The notes beneath the pieces are model-generated. The model saw only the letters and a program-made list of their open reading frames with translations, did no database searches and had not been told where the DNA came from. DNA of 64,000 nt. It comes from Lama glama. Lineage: Eukaryota. Position numbers and translations under genes: made by a program. Location of the stretch: NCBI GenBank assembly GCA_028534125.1, contig CM052818.1, positions 34,226,001 through 34,290,000 of the forward strand, written 5' to 3'. Shown here piece after piece: positions 24,011 through 36,505 of the stretch (positions are counted from its first letter, which is position 1; each line of letters begins with the position of its first letter).

Positions 24011-26054
24011 ACAGTATGCTGACATTCCTCTATTTCTTGACCATCTACTACAAGTTTACAGCTATGTGGCTCTGTGCTGAGTCATAAGTTAAGTATCAAT
24101 TGTGGTCTCTGTCCCTCAAAGTTTTCAATCTAATTGAGAGACAAACTTTACACAAAAAACAATTTGAAAGCCCCAGGATGACAAACTGTTTCAGTCGGGG
24201 AGAAGAAAGTGGATCCTGGTGCTAAATTAGCTGGAGGAAGAATGTGACATAAGTGTGGTAGGTCTTGAAGGTTTCTACCGATGGGTGGGAAGGATGGCAG
24301 GGGAGAGCATGGGATGTTCATAGGGGAGGGGGCTGAGGAAACCCCCTACCTGATGGACACATGTTGGGAGTGCGGGTTGGATGGCGAGGGCAAGGTCAGA
24401 TGGGGGAGCTGTCCAGGGTGAAGATCCAGGACTCCAAACCAGACAACCAGGAGCCACTGCAAGTTCTCAAGCAGGACATGACCCTGATGGCAAAGCCTGG
24501 GACACAGGCAACACAGGCACTAGATGGACAGTAGAACAATTTCATTACAATACCAAAGTGGGTGGATCAAGTAAACCAAGAGACTGGAAGACAGAGCCAA
24601 GGCCAGCCCTAGGGTGGAAGCAGGTAGTCATAGCCTGGGGACTAACATTAATTTACCCATACTCTGCGCCAGGCACTGTGTGAAGTGTTTTTCATGCATT
24701 ACCTCATTTAATCCTCACAACAACCATTTGTAAGCAGCAAAAACTGTCAGCTCTAAGGCACTGACATCAATGTTATTCCTCTAGGGACAGTGATGTGTTA
24801 TAAAGTCACTGCCTCGGGGAGGCAGAGAGCTCACCCTGCTGTCTGCCTGATGCATCAGTTCTGAGATGCCTTTATCTGGGTCCAGGCAAATTTGGAGCCA
24901 TAGAGTGTCAAGCAAACTATTTGCATGCAGCCCACCAAGAGGTCACAGGCTGTCTGAAAGGGGTGACTGTCCAGGTATGCGATTTTAGGAACCTTTAAGT
25001 GGTTTGGTGAAAAGGGCCTGAAATTTACATTTTGGTCCAACTATCTCTGGGACTTGGGGCAACTCATTCATCTTCCTATCAATGGGAAGGTGGGACTAGA
25101 TTTCTAAGGTCCCTTCCAGCTTTTCACAGAAATGAAGACATAAGTGAACTTGGGAGCATCAATTAATAAGCAAGACCCATATGAGTCTGACCCCAATAAG
25201 CAGGAAGTATTACTGCAGAGTGAAAAGACTGGAAAGACATTTTGGCCAAAATTAAACAGAAAGGGACAGAATACTGGTGTCAAGAAAAAAGAAGAAAGGA
25301 AGTGAGCAGCATTTAAAGCTTCAATTTCAAAAGAGCAAATTTCAAAGGCAAAATAGCAAAAATAGTCTGCCCAATGGATTAATGGGCTCCTTGGTATGAA
25401 TGTTGGCAGAATGGACACCAAAGGGAATTTATTTATGTCACAGCGTGTCATATGTCAGGACTCTGACAGGTTTAGTCCTCTGCAGTGGGAGGGGGAAGGA
25501 GGGTAAGGACCCTCCACTGGGGGTGAGATGTGGCAGGCCATCCTAGCCTATGCCAATGAACATCCCCTAGGCTGACCCAGTGCTGGCCAAGTACTCTTCC
25601 AGTTAGGATTTGGCTCCCCTTGTGGTTTGACTACAAGAATAGATGTCTTGCTGATGCCGATTTTGAGTTAGTGGGAGGCTGTCTCTGTGACGAGATGGCC
25701 CTGGGACAGACAAGAGGGAGTCTCTGGGTCCTCAGAGAAGAGGGACAGACCCAGCTGGACTCCGTTTGGTGACACCTCTACCACAGCCAACTTCCCTGCT
25801 CACCGATGATGTCTATGGGGTACAGACAGGAGGACAGAACACAGAGCTAGGGACACTTAGCAAGTACAGGGGTTCTAGGCCATAGGTTGGGGTTTGGGAG
25901 CCCAATGATGGGACCTTACAGTGTGAATAGAAAGAGAGAAGCAAATAAATAAGACTGACAAGGGTGAGGCAAGGCTGGCCCAAGCTTTCAAGGGGGATGC
26001 AGATGTCATCCTGGCACGTAGCAGCCAGGACATCATGTCATTCAAGGCAACCGA

Positions 26055-26272
26055 GAAAGTTCCTTAATAATCCACATGCTAGTGCTGGAATCATCAGGGA
26101 TGCCTTTTTGAAAAATACTGATGAGGGAAGAGGCAGACCCAGAAACATTGATTTCATTGGTCTGGGGAGGTGGCGTAGGGGAAAGGAGGAGCCTGGACAA
26201 GTATTTTTTAAAAACTTCCCAAGTAGTTCTATTGTAATTTGCTTCCAAAGGTTGAGAGCAATTGTCCTAGAC
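26055..26272. mobile_element. MER5B/MER5A-like DNA transposon
   Basis: ggaatcatcagggatgcctttttgaaaaatactgatg ... tgatttcattggtctgggg ... ttttttaaaaacttcccaagtagttct ... aaggttgagagcaattg. Confidence 0.65.
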
Positions 26273-28074
26273 AGTAGTTCTTAGTATAGTTTTAGAGGTG
26301 CGGGAGGCAGAAAAGGCATCTAGGAAGCTTTTTTCCATTGTCCATGTCTGCCCCCTCTATCACCACCTGAGTGAAAGGGCTGTGCCTGCAGTTTAAAAAG
26401 CCTGAATCTGATATTCCCACCGGGCCATGGAGAGCCATTGATGGGGTGGAGCCCAACAGCCTGCATTCACATTCTTATTATGTAATATTAGATACAACAC
26501 AAAAGAATAAATACAACTTCTAAGTAGGCTAGGCAGAATAAAAATAAAAGACCCCCATGGCCCAAGTGAAATCCTAGGCCTTTATTAACACAGTTGGTGT
26601 CACTGGCTCTCCCCCACCTCCCCCACCTTCCCACAGGAGATAACCTCCTTCTTCAATGGGGTCGGCATTATTAACAAGCAGGGGGTCCTGGCACCTCTGG
26701 AAACTAGGTTCTGAGCCTCTGGGAGGGTGGGGCCTGCAGGTTGGGAGGGTGTGGAGGAGGCGGGGAGGAGGATCAAGTGACAGGCTGTGAGCAAGGGCGG
26801 CAGAGGCAGGGGAGCCAGGCAGAGCCTGCCACAGCCTCTAACAGAAGCAGAGGCGGGCAAAGCATTTGTTAAAGAAGTGCTAGAGAAATCCCTTTAGACC
26901 CAGTACAATGGAGACCCAGATGCTCTCAGAAAAGCCAGGCTTTCAACTGTTTTGTCTTCCCAGCCCTGGCAGCGGCTGCCAAATTGACAAGCATGCAATA
27001 GCTCAGGGGGTACAGAGTTCAAGGCCCCGCGGATCCGTCGGACAAGAACAAAAAGATGCAACTTGATCTCTCTTTCTCTATAGGCTAATCACTTGGGTGA
27101 GCTTTTCCTTGGGATTATTATTCTATTATAAACCCAGATGCTTACAGCGAATCAACTGCTACCTTTCTTAGAAGGTACAAAGTAGGTCAGCGGCAATCTA
27201 TCAGGGTACACAGCTTCGGTCTGAGTGCCACAGGCTGTGTGAATAATTAAATCCATGCATCCCTGAGATCAGCATTGCAACAGGAGAGCATTTTCTCTCT
27301 GCAGGAGATTGTCAGGAACTAGAGGCAAGAGGAAGCCAAAATATCCAGCTGTAGGAGCACAAACTCAGGAGTGGAGGGGAGGGGGGACGGGGCAGGAGTC
27401 GCTTCTAGGGAGGCTGGGATGTCTGAGGCAGGACTCTGGGCAGGGTCTACTGAAGGGGTGTGGGGAGGACTGGGTCAGGAGCTGTGAGATGAAACAGATA
27501 CTCAGTATGAGATGGGGCACCTGGACAAAGTCCGATCTTGCTTAGGGAATGGATAAAACAAAGGGCCAGTTTTGGTGACACCAGCAGCCAGAGTGGCTTG
27601 GGGGTCTATGGGCCCTTAAATTCCCTGTAACTAGGGCTTCCCATAGATTGGGGGTGCCTGAACCTGCAGGGTCTGGGAGAGGTGGGACTTTTAATCACAC
27701 ATGGACTTTTATGTGTTTTTCCAGAAGCAGCAGCTCCCATGGATGAGAAGCTCAGAAAAGATCAAGAGTCACTACCTCGCACAAAGATGCTCGTGCAAAG
27801 GTCTTTGTCAGCTATAAAGAGCTGGAGGCTCTCAGGGGAAAACTCATCACTCCAAGCTAATGAGGCCCCAGCAAATGACAACATGGAAAATAAGACAAGG
27901 AAAGCCAGCCTGCCCTCCCAGAGGCTGGTAGGCAGCGTAGTGACAGCATGGCATCTGGCCCTGGACTAAAGGTCTGCCAAGGGGGACAGTAACCAGTAAG
28001 CTACAAGTTTTGGTGCAAGGCCTGAGCATACTGCAGGATGGACTGGTGTGGTTATCAGAGTTATGCTGATGGCA

Positions 28075-28995
28075 AATACTGTGGCCTCTCTCACTCTCCT
28101 GCTAGGAGTATTAACTGTTACAACCAGTTTGGAAAATGACTTGGCACTATCTCCTAAAGCTAAATATATATGTCCTCTATGACCCAGCAATCCCACTCCC
28201 AGAAATACCGCCAACAGAAATGTCTACATCCGGTTGCCAAAGACATGTACAAGAACATTCACAGTGACAGCATTTGTAATGGCCCCGAACTAGTAACCAC
28301 CGAAATGCCCACTGATAGCAAAACGGCCAGGCACTACGTGGCCTCTCACACAGGGGAATAATGTGAAGCAATGAAAGTGAATCAAGCACGACATGCAACA
28401 GCATGGGTGAATATCACAAAAATAACATTGAACAGGGGAGTGGGTAATAGCTCAGTGGTAGAGTGTGTCCCTGGCATGGACGAGGTCTTGGGGGTTCAAT
28501 CCCCAGTACCTCCATTAAAAAAAAAATCAGTCAGAGAAAGACAAATATCATATGATATCACTTATATGAGGAATCTTAAAAAATGACACAAACTTATTTA
28601 CAAAAAAAGGAAGAGATTCACAGACACAGATTAAAAAAATAATCTTGAGCAAGGGTATAGACTGCTTGATTTAATTTAATAAAGTCACAACCAACCTATG
28701 GTTAATATATTGAAAACAACCAACTTCCACACTTTAAATAGGTGAATTAAAGTATGTGAATTATATCTCAATTAAGCTGTTACATATTTTTTAAACTGTG
28801 ATATTAGAAGTCAGCACAGTGGTTATCCTTAGTGAGGAGCAGTGACTGGGAAGGGACACAAGGGGGGCTTCTAGGTGCTGACAATGTTTGGTTTCTTGAT
28901 CTGGGTGCTGGTCACAAGAGTGTGTTGAGTTGTGATAATTCTGTGTACTTGCATCGTGTGCCCTTCTCCGTATGTGTGCTCTGCTTCAATAACAG
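28075..28995 (+). mobile_element. Old L1MC/MD-like LINE-1 3' region hosting a SINE insertion
   Basis: tacaaccagtttggaaaatgacttggcactatct, tatgacccagcaatcccactcc, agacatgtacaagaacattcacag, ggtgctgacaatgtttggtttcttgatctgggtgctgg. Confidence 0.8.
28435..28634 (+). mobile_element. vic-1-type SINE plus about 105 nt of L1 3'UTR-derived tail
   Basis: SINE head 28435-28526, then tcagtcagagaaagacaaatatcatatgatatcacttatatgaggaatct...cacagacacaga; degenerate 17-bp direct repeats at 28418-28434 and 28635-28651. Confidence 0.8.
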
Positions 28996-30402
28996 CGACA
29001 GTAACAGTAACCACCAACAAAGCAGGCCTGGCCTGGCCGGCTCGGGTGCATGGGGAGGGTGAGCTGAATGTGTTCATTCATGTCACAAAGACCCTGACTG
29101 CCACCAGGGTCCCCTCAGGAGGCCCCGGCAAGAGTTTATTAGGACAAGGCTCCCTATTTCATTACTAGAGCGTCACTCGTAGGGCCCTGGGGGAATTCTC
29201 AGAAGAGAAAGTTGAGAGGATCCACCAATCACCTCTCTTCCCTGGGCTTGGCTCCAGTGGGTAGGTGTGGCCCGGGATGCCGGAGTATCAGGCCTGGGAG
29301 CATCCTCGCCTCAGCACAGGCTGGGCCGTGGCTACTGTGACTCCTCATGGCCCAGGCCTTCGGGGTGGGTCTGCTGATCTTGGATTGGAAGGGAGCATTA
29401 AGGGCCACTTGCATGAGGTGGACTATCCTGGAGAGCTGTGACCCCAAGGCCAGCCTCTGCCTGCCCCAGCCCCAGCCAGGCTCTTTAGGGTGGGTTTGGG
29501 GAGCTTTGACAGTTGCTGCCTAGCAGCAAGAGTACTGGAGCCCCCAGGAAGATGGATCCCAGGGGGAGAGCACTGAGCACGGGCAAGGGGCTCCCTGAGA
29601 ACCCCAGGTAGAACAGAGGGGAGATCTGAGGGTCCAGGGCCACTGGGGATTTGAGGCAGTGGGCCAAAGTAGGACAAAGGACTGCAGCCACTGGGGCAGG
29701 AGTTGGTGGTTTCCTTTCACCCAGGGAACGTTAAAAGCCAATTCCTTTGTAAATTATACAGTACAAGGGGCTGCTGCCAGGGTCAGGGACTTCTAGCTCT
29801 TAAGATTCTGATTCAATCCTGCATTTAAAAAATCTTTATAAGTGAATCTGACATCCAGCTGGATGTAGAGACCCACATGGATAAGTATCAGTGGCTTACT
29901 CATTCAACAAACATTTACTGGGCAGGTATTCATTCCAGACAGCTAACTATGTCTGTTTCATAATTTCTACAATTAAAATCATCTAGAAGAGGCATATCTA
30001 TTTTTCACAATCTTTGAGAAATTAATTTAGCTTGTTATACATAAAGGAGTCCATCAGACCACATACATGCACAATAACAAACACCAGCTAATTCTGTTCT
30101 TTCTCTAGGTCTCTATTACGTGACGTAAAAATATAAAAATAAAATCAGTTCTTGGCCTGAGTACACAGGTAAGTAATGTGACCAGAAAAATAGTCCTAAA
30201 TGCCCCTTTTCCCATAATTATGGAAACCTATGACATTTAGCCTACAACTTCCTATTTTAGTTGCCAAAGTTGCCTCATTGAGGGCACCCTTCTCCTTTTA
30301 GCAATACAGTGGGAGCACCCTGTTCATGTGGGTCTAGCCTGGAGAAGCCCCAGAAACAGAAAAACCACAAAGGAAGGCATCTTCACCAAACAGAAGCATT
30401 AC

Positions 30403-30663
30403 CTTGGTTCCATTGTAGAAGTCATCCACGCACGTAGCATTCATGAAGGTCTGGTGGAAGTGGGTGCTGGTGTCAATGCCTCCAGGGATCACCAGTTTCC
30501 CGGTGGCATCAATCACCTTGGCCCCTCCAGGGATCATGAGCTCACGGCCCACCTGCTGGATGATGCCATTCTCAATGTAGACATCAGCCTCGTGGGTGCA
30601 GTCATCATTCACAACCTTGCCTCCCTTGATGAGAATCCGTACGCTGGCTGAATTGGCAAGCAT
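30403..30663 (-). CDS. DPYSL5: DPYSL5 first coding exon (exon 2, 30403-30667 including 4 nt of 5'UTR), codons 1-87
   Basis: Minus strand reads ccttccttAG|GAAC ATG CTT GCC AAT ... GGA ACC AAG|GTAATG. The 261 nt encode MLANSASVRILIKGGKVVNDDCTHEADVYIENGIIQQVGRELMIPGGAKVIDATGKLVIPGGIDTSTHFHQTFMNATCVDDFYNGTK. Confidence 0.98.
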
Positions 30664-31399
30664 GTTCCTAAGGAAGGTGAGAGGGAGACATTGGTCAAGG
30701 TCAAAGTCCCTTTTCACTGTCACCAAGGTCCCACCCTTTCTTATGAGAGCCCAAATTCAATGGGCAGAGTAAGTGAGGGGGGATTCAGAGGAAGTTTCTC
30801 CACAGCCTGAGGACACTGGTCCTACAGCCAGCTGGGTTCACAAGCTTCCTGTGGTCCTCACAATAGGACTCACTGGGAATCATGACACTGTGGCAGTAAG
30901 GGTGAAGCTGGGGCACAAAGAAACATCAATTTTCAGGTTTTCGAAATGTTATGGGAGTTCTAAAGCATTTTCATATCTGCTGTCTCACTTTATTCTCAAA
31001 ACAGCTCCAGAAGTGGCATTTTACAGATGAAAAGCTGAAATTGCTAATAAGGAATTCATGGCTATGAATTAGCCAAGTCAAACCCAGAGGTACGAGCAAT
31101 GTCCCTACTATACCATATGGCCCAGAAGACATCAGAGTCTCCTGAGGCATGTCTCAGAGAGCCAAATTCTCCAAACCTCACAGCTGTTTAATTCATGTCA
31201 CTCTTCAGATGGATTCTGCTTCAGTTCACTCTCCCGTATTTGCCTCAAGAAGTCCACTACCACATTGAAGCTTCACAGCTGGCTGCACCTTGATACGCTC
31301 ATCTGAGGAGATTCTGAAAAGCACCCATGCTCAAACACCACCCTCAGAGGTTCAGCATTATCTGATCCAGACTGGGTCCTCAGAATCAATTTTCAAAAG

Positions 31400-32752
31400 C
31401 CATAGAACTCTACCATACATTTAAAGAAGAATGAACATCAGTCTCTTCCAGAAAGTAGAGAAGAAAACCTTTTCTAGCCATTTTATAAAGTCAGTATTAC
31501 CTTAATACCAAAGACAAAGACAGTACACAAAAAAATTAAACTACAATGTAATAACCTTCAGGAATGTAGACACAAAGATTTCTAACAACATCTCAGCAAG
31601 TAGAATTCAGCAATATGTAAAAGAATTAAAGAATCCCACCATGCAAATGGGATTATTCCCAGAGATACAAAGCTGACTCAGTATTTGAACATCCATCAAT
31701 ATAATCCACCACATCCACAGCTAAAGAAGAAAAATCACATAATCATATCAACTGATGCAGAAAAAGCACTTGACAAAACTCAATACCCATTCATGACAAA
31801 AATTCTCAGGAAAGTAGGAATAGAAGTTAACTTCCTCAAGTTGATAAAGAACATCACCAAAAAAACCTACAACTAATATCAGAATTAATGATGAAAAACT
31901 GAATACTTTCTCCTTAAACTGGGAACAAGGAAAACATGTCTACTCTCACCATTGTTATTCAACAAAGGGAGTTCTAGCTAGCACTATAACAAAAGAAAAT
32001 GAAATAAAAGGCAATAGATTGAAAAGGAGAAAACAAAACTGATCTTATTTACGGGTGACATGATGGTCTATGGAGAAAATCCCAAAGAAACTACAAAAAA
32101 GTCTTCTAAAACAAATAAGTAAGTTCAGCAAGATTACAAGGTACAAGATCAACATACAAAAAGCTACTGTTTTTCTATATACTAGCAATGAACACATGGA
32201 CACTGAAAAAAATTGAAATACTTCAGCACAAATCTAAGAAAACATATAGGATTTGTATGCTGAAAACTACAATCTACTGATGAAAGAAGTCAGCAGATAT
32301 AAATAAGTGGAGAGACATACTCTGTTCATGGCTTGGAAGACTCAACATAGTAAAGATGTCAATTCTCCCCAAATTGATATACATGTTTAATGTAGTTCCT
32401 ATCAAAATCTCAGCAAAAATCTTCTATAAATAGTGGTAAGATTATTGTCAAAAGTTATGAGAAATGGCAAAGGAACTAGAATAGCTAAAACAGCTTTGAC
32501 AAAGAAGAATAAAGTGCAAGGAATCAGTCTACCTGACTTCAAGACTTATTATATAGCTATAGTAATCAAGACTATGTGGAATGAGTGGAGGGATAGACAC
32601 AAACATCAAAGAAACAGAAAAGAGACCCAGAAATAGCCCTATACAACTGATTTTTGACAAAGGTGCAAAAGCAATTCAATGGAGGGAAGATAATCTTTTC
32701 AACAAATGATATTGGAGCAACTGGATATTCATAGGCAAAGAATGATCCTTGA
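31400..32752 (+). mobile_element. Old LINE-1 ORF2 (reverse transcriptase region) fragment, inactivated
   Basis: Translated pieces KKNHIIISTDAEKALDKTQYPFMTK and RIAKTALTKKNKVQGISLPDFKTYYIAIVIKTMW; many stops and frameshifts. Confidence 0.92.
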
Positions 32753-34619
32753 CCAATTCTACATTTGTCTGGGATATTTGGCAACTCTATATCCAGGATC
32801 ATGTTCAACTTTCATCCCTTCTCCAATACACATCACTGTGAACAGAGCAAAGGAAGCAACATTCTTCTCATCCTCATTATTTCTCTTTCCCTGCCACCAG
32901 GCAGGGTACAGGAAGCCTGTGTCCCAGGATGAAAACGTCTTGGAATCTGTTGAAGGAATAACTCTGTAAGGAGATAAGTCAGATATCTGGAGACCTTAGC
33001 CTGATATCCTGGACACACTTGGTTAAGCAGTTTGTTTTTTTGTCAAGTTGACCAAACTGGAGTGCGTGGAATCTCCACAACAAGAAAGTTTACGGTGCCT
33101 GTTCATGGCCTTAGCTGCTAGGTTCTCCTGCTGTTAGGAGAGGCTGGCCCTTTGAGGGGCTGCTTCTGGGGGTAGTGCTGGGAAACAAGACAGGTGACTG
33201 GGAGTGAGGCCCAGTCCCTTGCACAGAGACATTTTGTCCCCCATGAACATCTGGGCCCCGCCAGGTATCATTCTGACCTCTGGGGAGAAGGGGCCTCTCC
33301 CTCAGTGTGGAAGGCACTGGACAGAGAGGCAGTGGGAAGTTACGGGCCAGAGGGATGGGAAGACACGGATAGTCACAGCTACGAGCCCATTGTCTGAAGC
33401 TGAATATATTTCAGGAGAAGATTTTGTCCTAAAATCTAAAAACTGGAATCTTAATTTAATACACAATAATCAGGAAATGAGTTTGGTTCTTAGGGGATGG
33501 ATACAACCACTCTGACCAAACGAAGCGGAGAAAGCCTGAGAGATGCAATTTCTCTCTCTCATTCTTTCTCAAGGCCAAGTGTGACCACAAAAGGAGAGAT
33601 GCAAGTTCTCAGAGGAAAACGATGGTGATGGTAAGATACACACCTAATCCTCTGTACAAATACGTATATATAATCCTCACCTTTTAAAGAAGCTTTAAGT
33701 AAGAATAAGAATATTTATGCTGGGAAATTGCTGCATATCACTATGTCATTGTGGTAAATGAGACTACCGATTTACTTACTAATCCAGAACACATACTCAT
33801 CGCACACAGCTGGAGGGTGGAAAACTTGAATGGGTGATGTGATAATGATTTGCTGGGGATTCTTGTCTGAGCTTTTTGATGCTAGAATCATCAGCCAAGG
33901 GTGTCTTCTTCAACAGAAAAACAGCTCTTAGTAATAAGCTAACACCCTGTGCCTGGAATTTAATTCACATGGCAACCCTGCAAAGTAGGAACAAGGCAGG
34001 AAGTTTTAGTCCCATTTTAAGAGGAGGAAAACAGAGGTTTAAGAGGAGGAAACAGAGGTTTTGAAAACACGTAGCCCACTCCAGGGCAGAAGGACGGGTC
34101 TCACATCCAGGTCCGTTACTTAAAGAAAATGTTAATTAGACTTAACTTTGGATAGAAGACTTACAGGTGATTTTTAAGTTCTTGATAGTTTTCTGTATTT
34201 TTCCAATTTTATACAATAAACTTGTATTACCTTTTAGAATTTGAAAAGTCATGGTAAGAAGCTTTTTTTTTAAGCTATAAAGAAGCCAGGAGGAATCCAA
34301 TGTGACCCTCCATTCAGGTCCAGTGGGCTCAGTCCCACCTTCTGCCATCTTCTTCAGGAGGAGATGAAAAAGGACCTGCTACCAGCAGCTGTAACACTGA
34401 ATCCTTCTCTAGAACGCTTGGGCTGCCGTTGGAAGTCCCTGAAGGCTAACCTTCTCTGAATGGGCTGGGCTCCCTCAACAACACTGGGGAATTCTGGAAC
34501 CTCTCCAGTCTGGGGATCCCATTCCCACGGGCCTGAGCTAGTCCTGGAAATCCAAGCTGGAGTGGACTCCTAGGACTACCTTAGAGGGAGCTCATTCTCA
34601 GAACTTAGAGGACACTGTT

Positions 34620-34838
34620 AATGATCTTAACAATTAGTAAATATCTTCTATGTACTGAGCCCTTTCCTAAATCCATTATATACATTATCTTATTTGATCC
34701 TTACAATGCCCTGAGATAGGTACCATTATTGCCTCCATTTTTACCATGAGGAAGTTGAGGCTTAGAAAAGTTAAAGGAAGTTCCTCATGGTCACACAGCT
34801 AGTTTAATATAGAGTAAGGATTGAAAGCCAGACAGTTG
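34620..34838 (-). mobile_element. MIR SINE
   Basis: ttatttgatccttacaatgccctgagataggtaccattattgcctccatttttaccatgaggaagttgaggcttagaaaagttaa...ggtcacacagctagt. Confidence 0.82.
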
Positions 34839-34847
34839 TTTTTAGTG

Positions 34848-35125
34848 TAGTTATGAACTGAACGTTTGTGTTCTCCCAAAATGCTGAAGTTCTAATCTCT
34901 AGCTGCTATATTTGAAGATGGGGCCTCTAAGGAAGTTTTTAAGGTTAAATGAGGTCATAAGGTTGCCCTGATCAGATAGGACTGGTGTCCTCATAAAAAG
35001 AGACATCAGAGAGTCTCCCTCTCTCCCCTACGCCCATGAACAGAAGAGAGGCCATGTGAGGACACAGTGAGGAGGCAGCCATCTATCAGCCAGGAAGAGA
35101 GTCCTCATCAGAAACCAACCCTGTA
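34848..35125 (+). mobile_element. MLT1A/B-like (MaLR) LTR, 3'-truncated
   Basis: gttatgaactgaacgtttgtgttctcccaaaat ... aaggttaaatgaggtcataagg ... gactggtgtcctcataaaaagaga ... ggccatgtgaggacacagtgag. Confidence 0.82.
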
Positions 35126-36178
35126 AATAATGGTCCTGCCGTTAGATCCGATCCAACACAAGACTGTCAGCTGCCCCCAATCCTCTGGCAAACTTCCAGC
35201 TTCAGACTGGGGGCAGATGTGGTTACCAAGGTCTCAGAACACTCCAGACCTGGACTGGTGTGTTTGGATAATATCACAGCATGGTTGCTTGCCACTCCCT
35301 GCCCAAGGTGCTTTTGGAGAATACCTTTTTAAAATGAACATCTGTGTGCATGAAAATATTCTAGAACTTCACTCCTTCTCAGTGTCAGTCACTGGAGACA
35401 ACTCTGAAGCGACATAGGACTTCCTCTCAAGAAAGTCTAGTGGGTGAGAGACACACAGATAATTGTATAAATGACTAAAGTGTCAAGGGGACACTTCTTG
35501 CCTAAAGACCTTAAATCTAACTTGATTTAAACTGGGTGTCTTTCACCACGGACCAGACACCAGAGCTGTGACTGGGTGAGACCAGCCAGTTGGTGTTGGT
35601 AGAAACGTCTTCACACCAGAATCCTCCCCACACATTTCTACATTTCCAAACTGTCTACATCACCAAGATGTCTAATCTGTCCTGGCGCCCCCCTCGCTGT
35701 TGACTTGTGTGACAGTTGACATTCATTGTGCTTCTCACCTCCCCCAGTAACCTCATTAACACCGCATTCCTACAGCTTTCCCTGCTCGTCTTTCCTAAAG
35801 AAACAAAAGTCACGCGGGCGTATTTTTCCACAGTGCGCTTGCTGTCTGTGCGTGTACACGTGCATGGACATAACAGAGTGAGGCGGAGAGGGGTGGGGAG
35901 ACCCCTTGTGCGTCTTAGGAGAGTCCCCGCAAAGGGGTTGCATATTCCTGGAAATCACAGTGACCAGTTGTTGAAACACATGCTCTTCAGCAGTGCAAAC
36001 GCCATGGGCTGTGACAGCTTTTCCCTCTGCTCTGGTTGGGGCAGCATATTAGGGGAACATCCTTTGTCAGTGGTCATGGTCAAGAAGGTCAGGATCAGTT
36101 TTACTAATTCATGATGCTTGGAGTCACCCATTTTGTTCCAAAACATCATAACCGTATCCAGCCCACTGGCTCATGACA

Positions 36179-36505
36179 TGCTATGGGCTGAATGCTTAGG
36201 TTCCCCTCCTCCAAATTCATATGTTGAAGCCCTAATCCCAGTGTGGTGATATTTGGAGATGGGGTCTTTGGGAGACATTTAGGTCATGAGGACCTTATAA
36301 GGAAAGACATGAGAGATCTCTCTCTGCCATATGAGGACATAGACAGAAGATAACTGTCTGCAAGCAAGAAAACGTTCTTACCAGGAACTGCGTTGGCTGG
36401 CACCTTCATCTTGGACTTCCTGGCCTTCAGAGCTGTGAGGAATAAGTTTTTGTTGTTTAAGCCACCCAGCCTATGATATTATTATAGCAGCTCAAGCTAA
36501 GAGAC
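36179..36505 (+). mobile_element. MLT1A-like (MaLR) solo LTR
   Basis: tgctatgggctgaatg...ccaaattcatatgttgaagccctaatccc ... ctggcaccttcatcttggacttcc ... ttgttgtttaagccacccagcctatgatattattatagcagc. Confidence 0.85.

Noticed and set aside
30334..30726. 130-aa ORF as a single-exon gene or N-terminally extended DPYSL5
   Set aside because: The 21 extra N-terminal residues run through the polypyrimidine tract and AG acceptor, and the C-terminal tail runs past the GT donor. Only 30403-30663 is coding.
35540..35562. RE1-like core CACCACGGAC
   Set aside because: Both flanks (TTCAG and AGCGCC positions) mismatch, so it is too weak.
34848..36505. Full MaLR provirus formed by two MLT1 LTRs about 1 kb apart
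   Set aside because: The two LTRs differ substantially, the first is truncated, and the intervening DNA shows no recognisable MLT1 internal sequence. Two independent solo LTRs are more likely.
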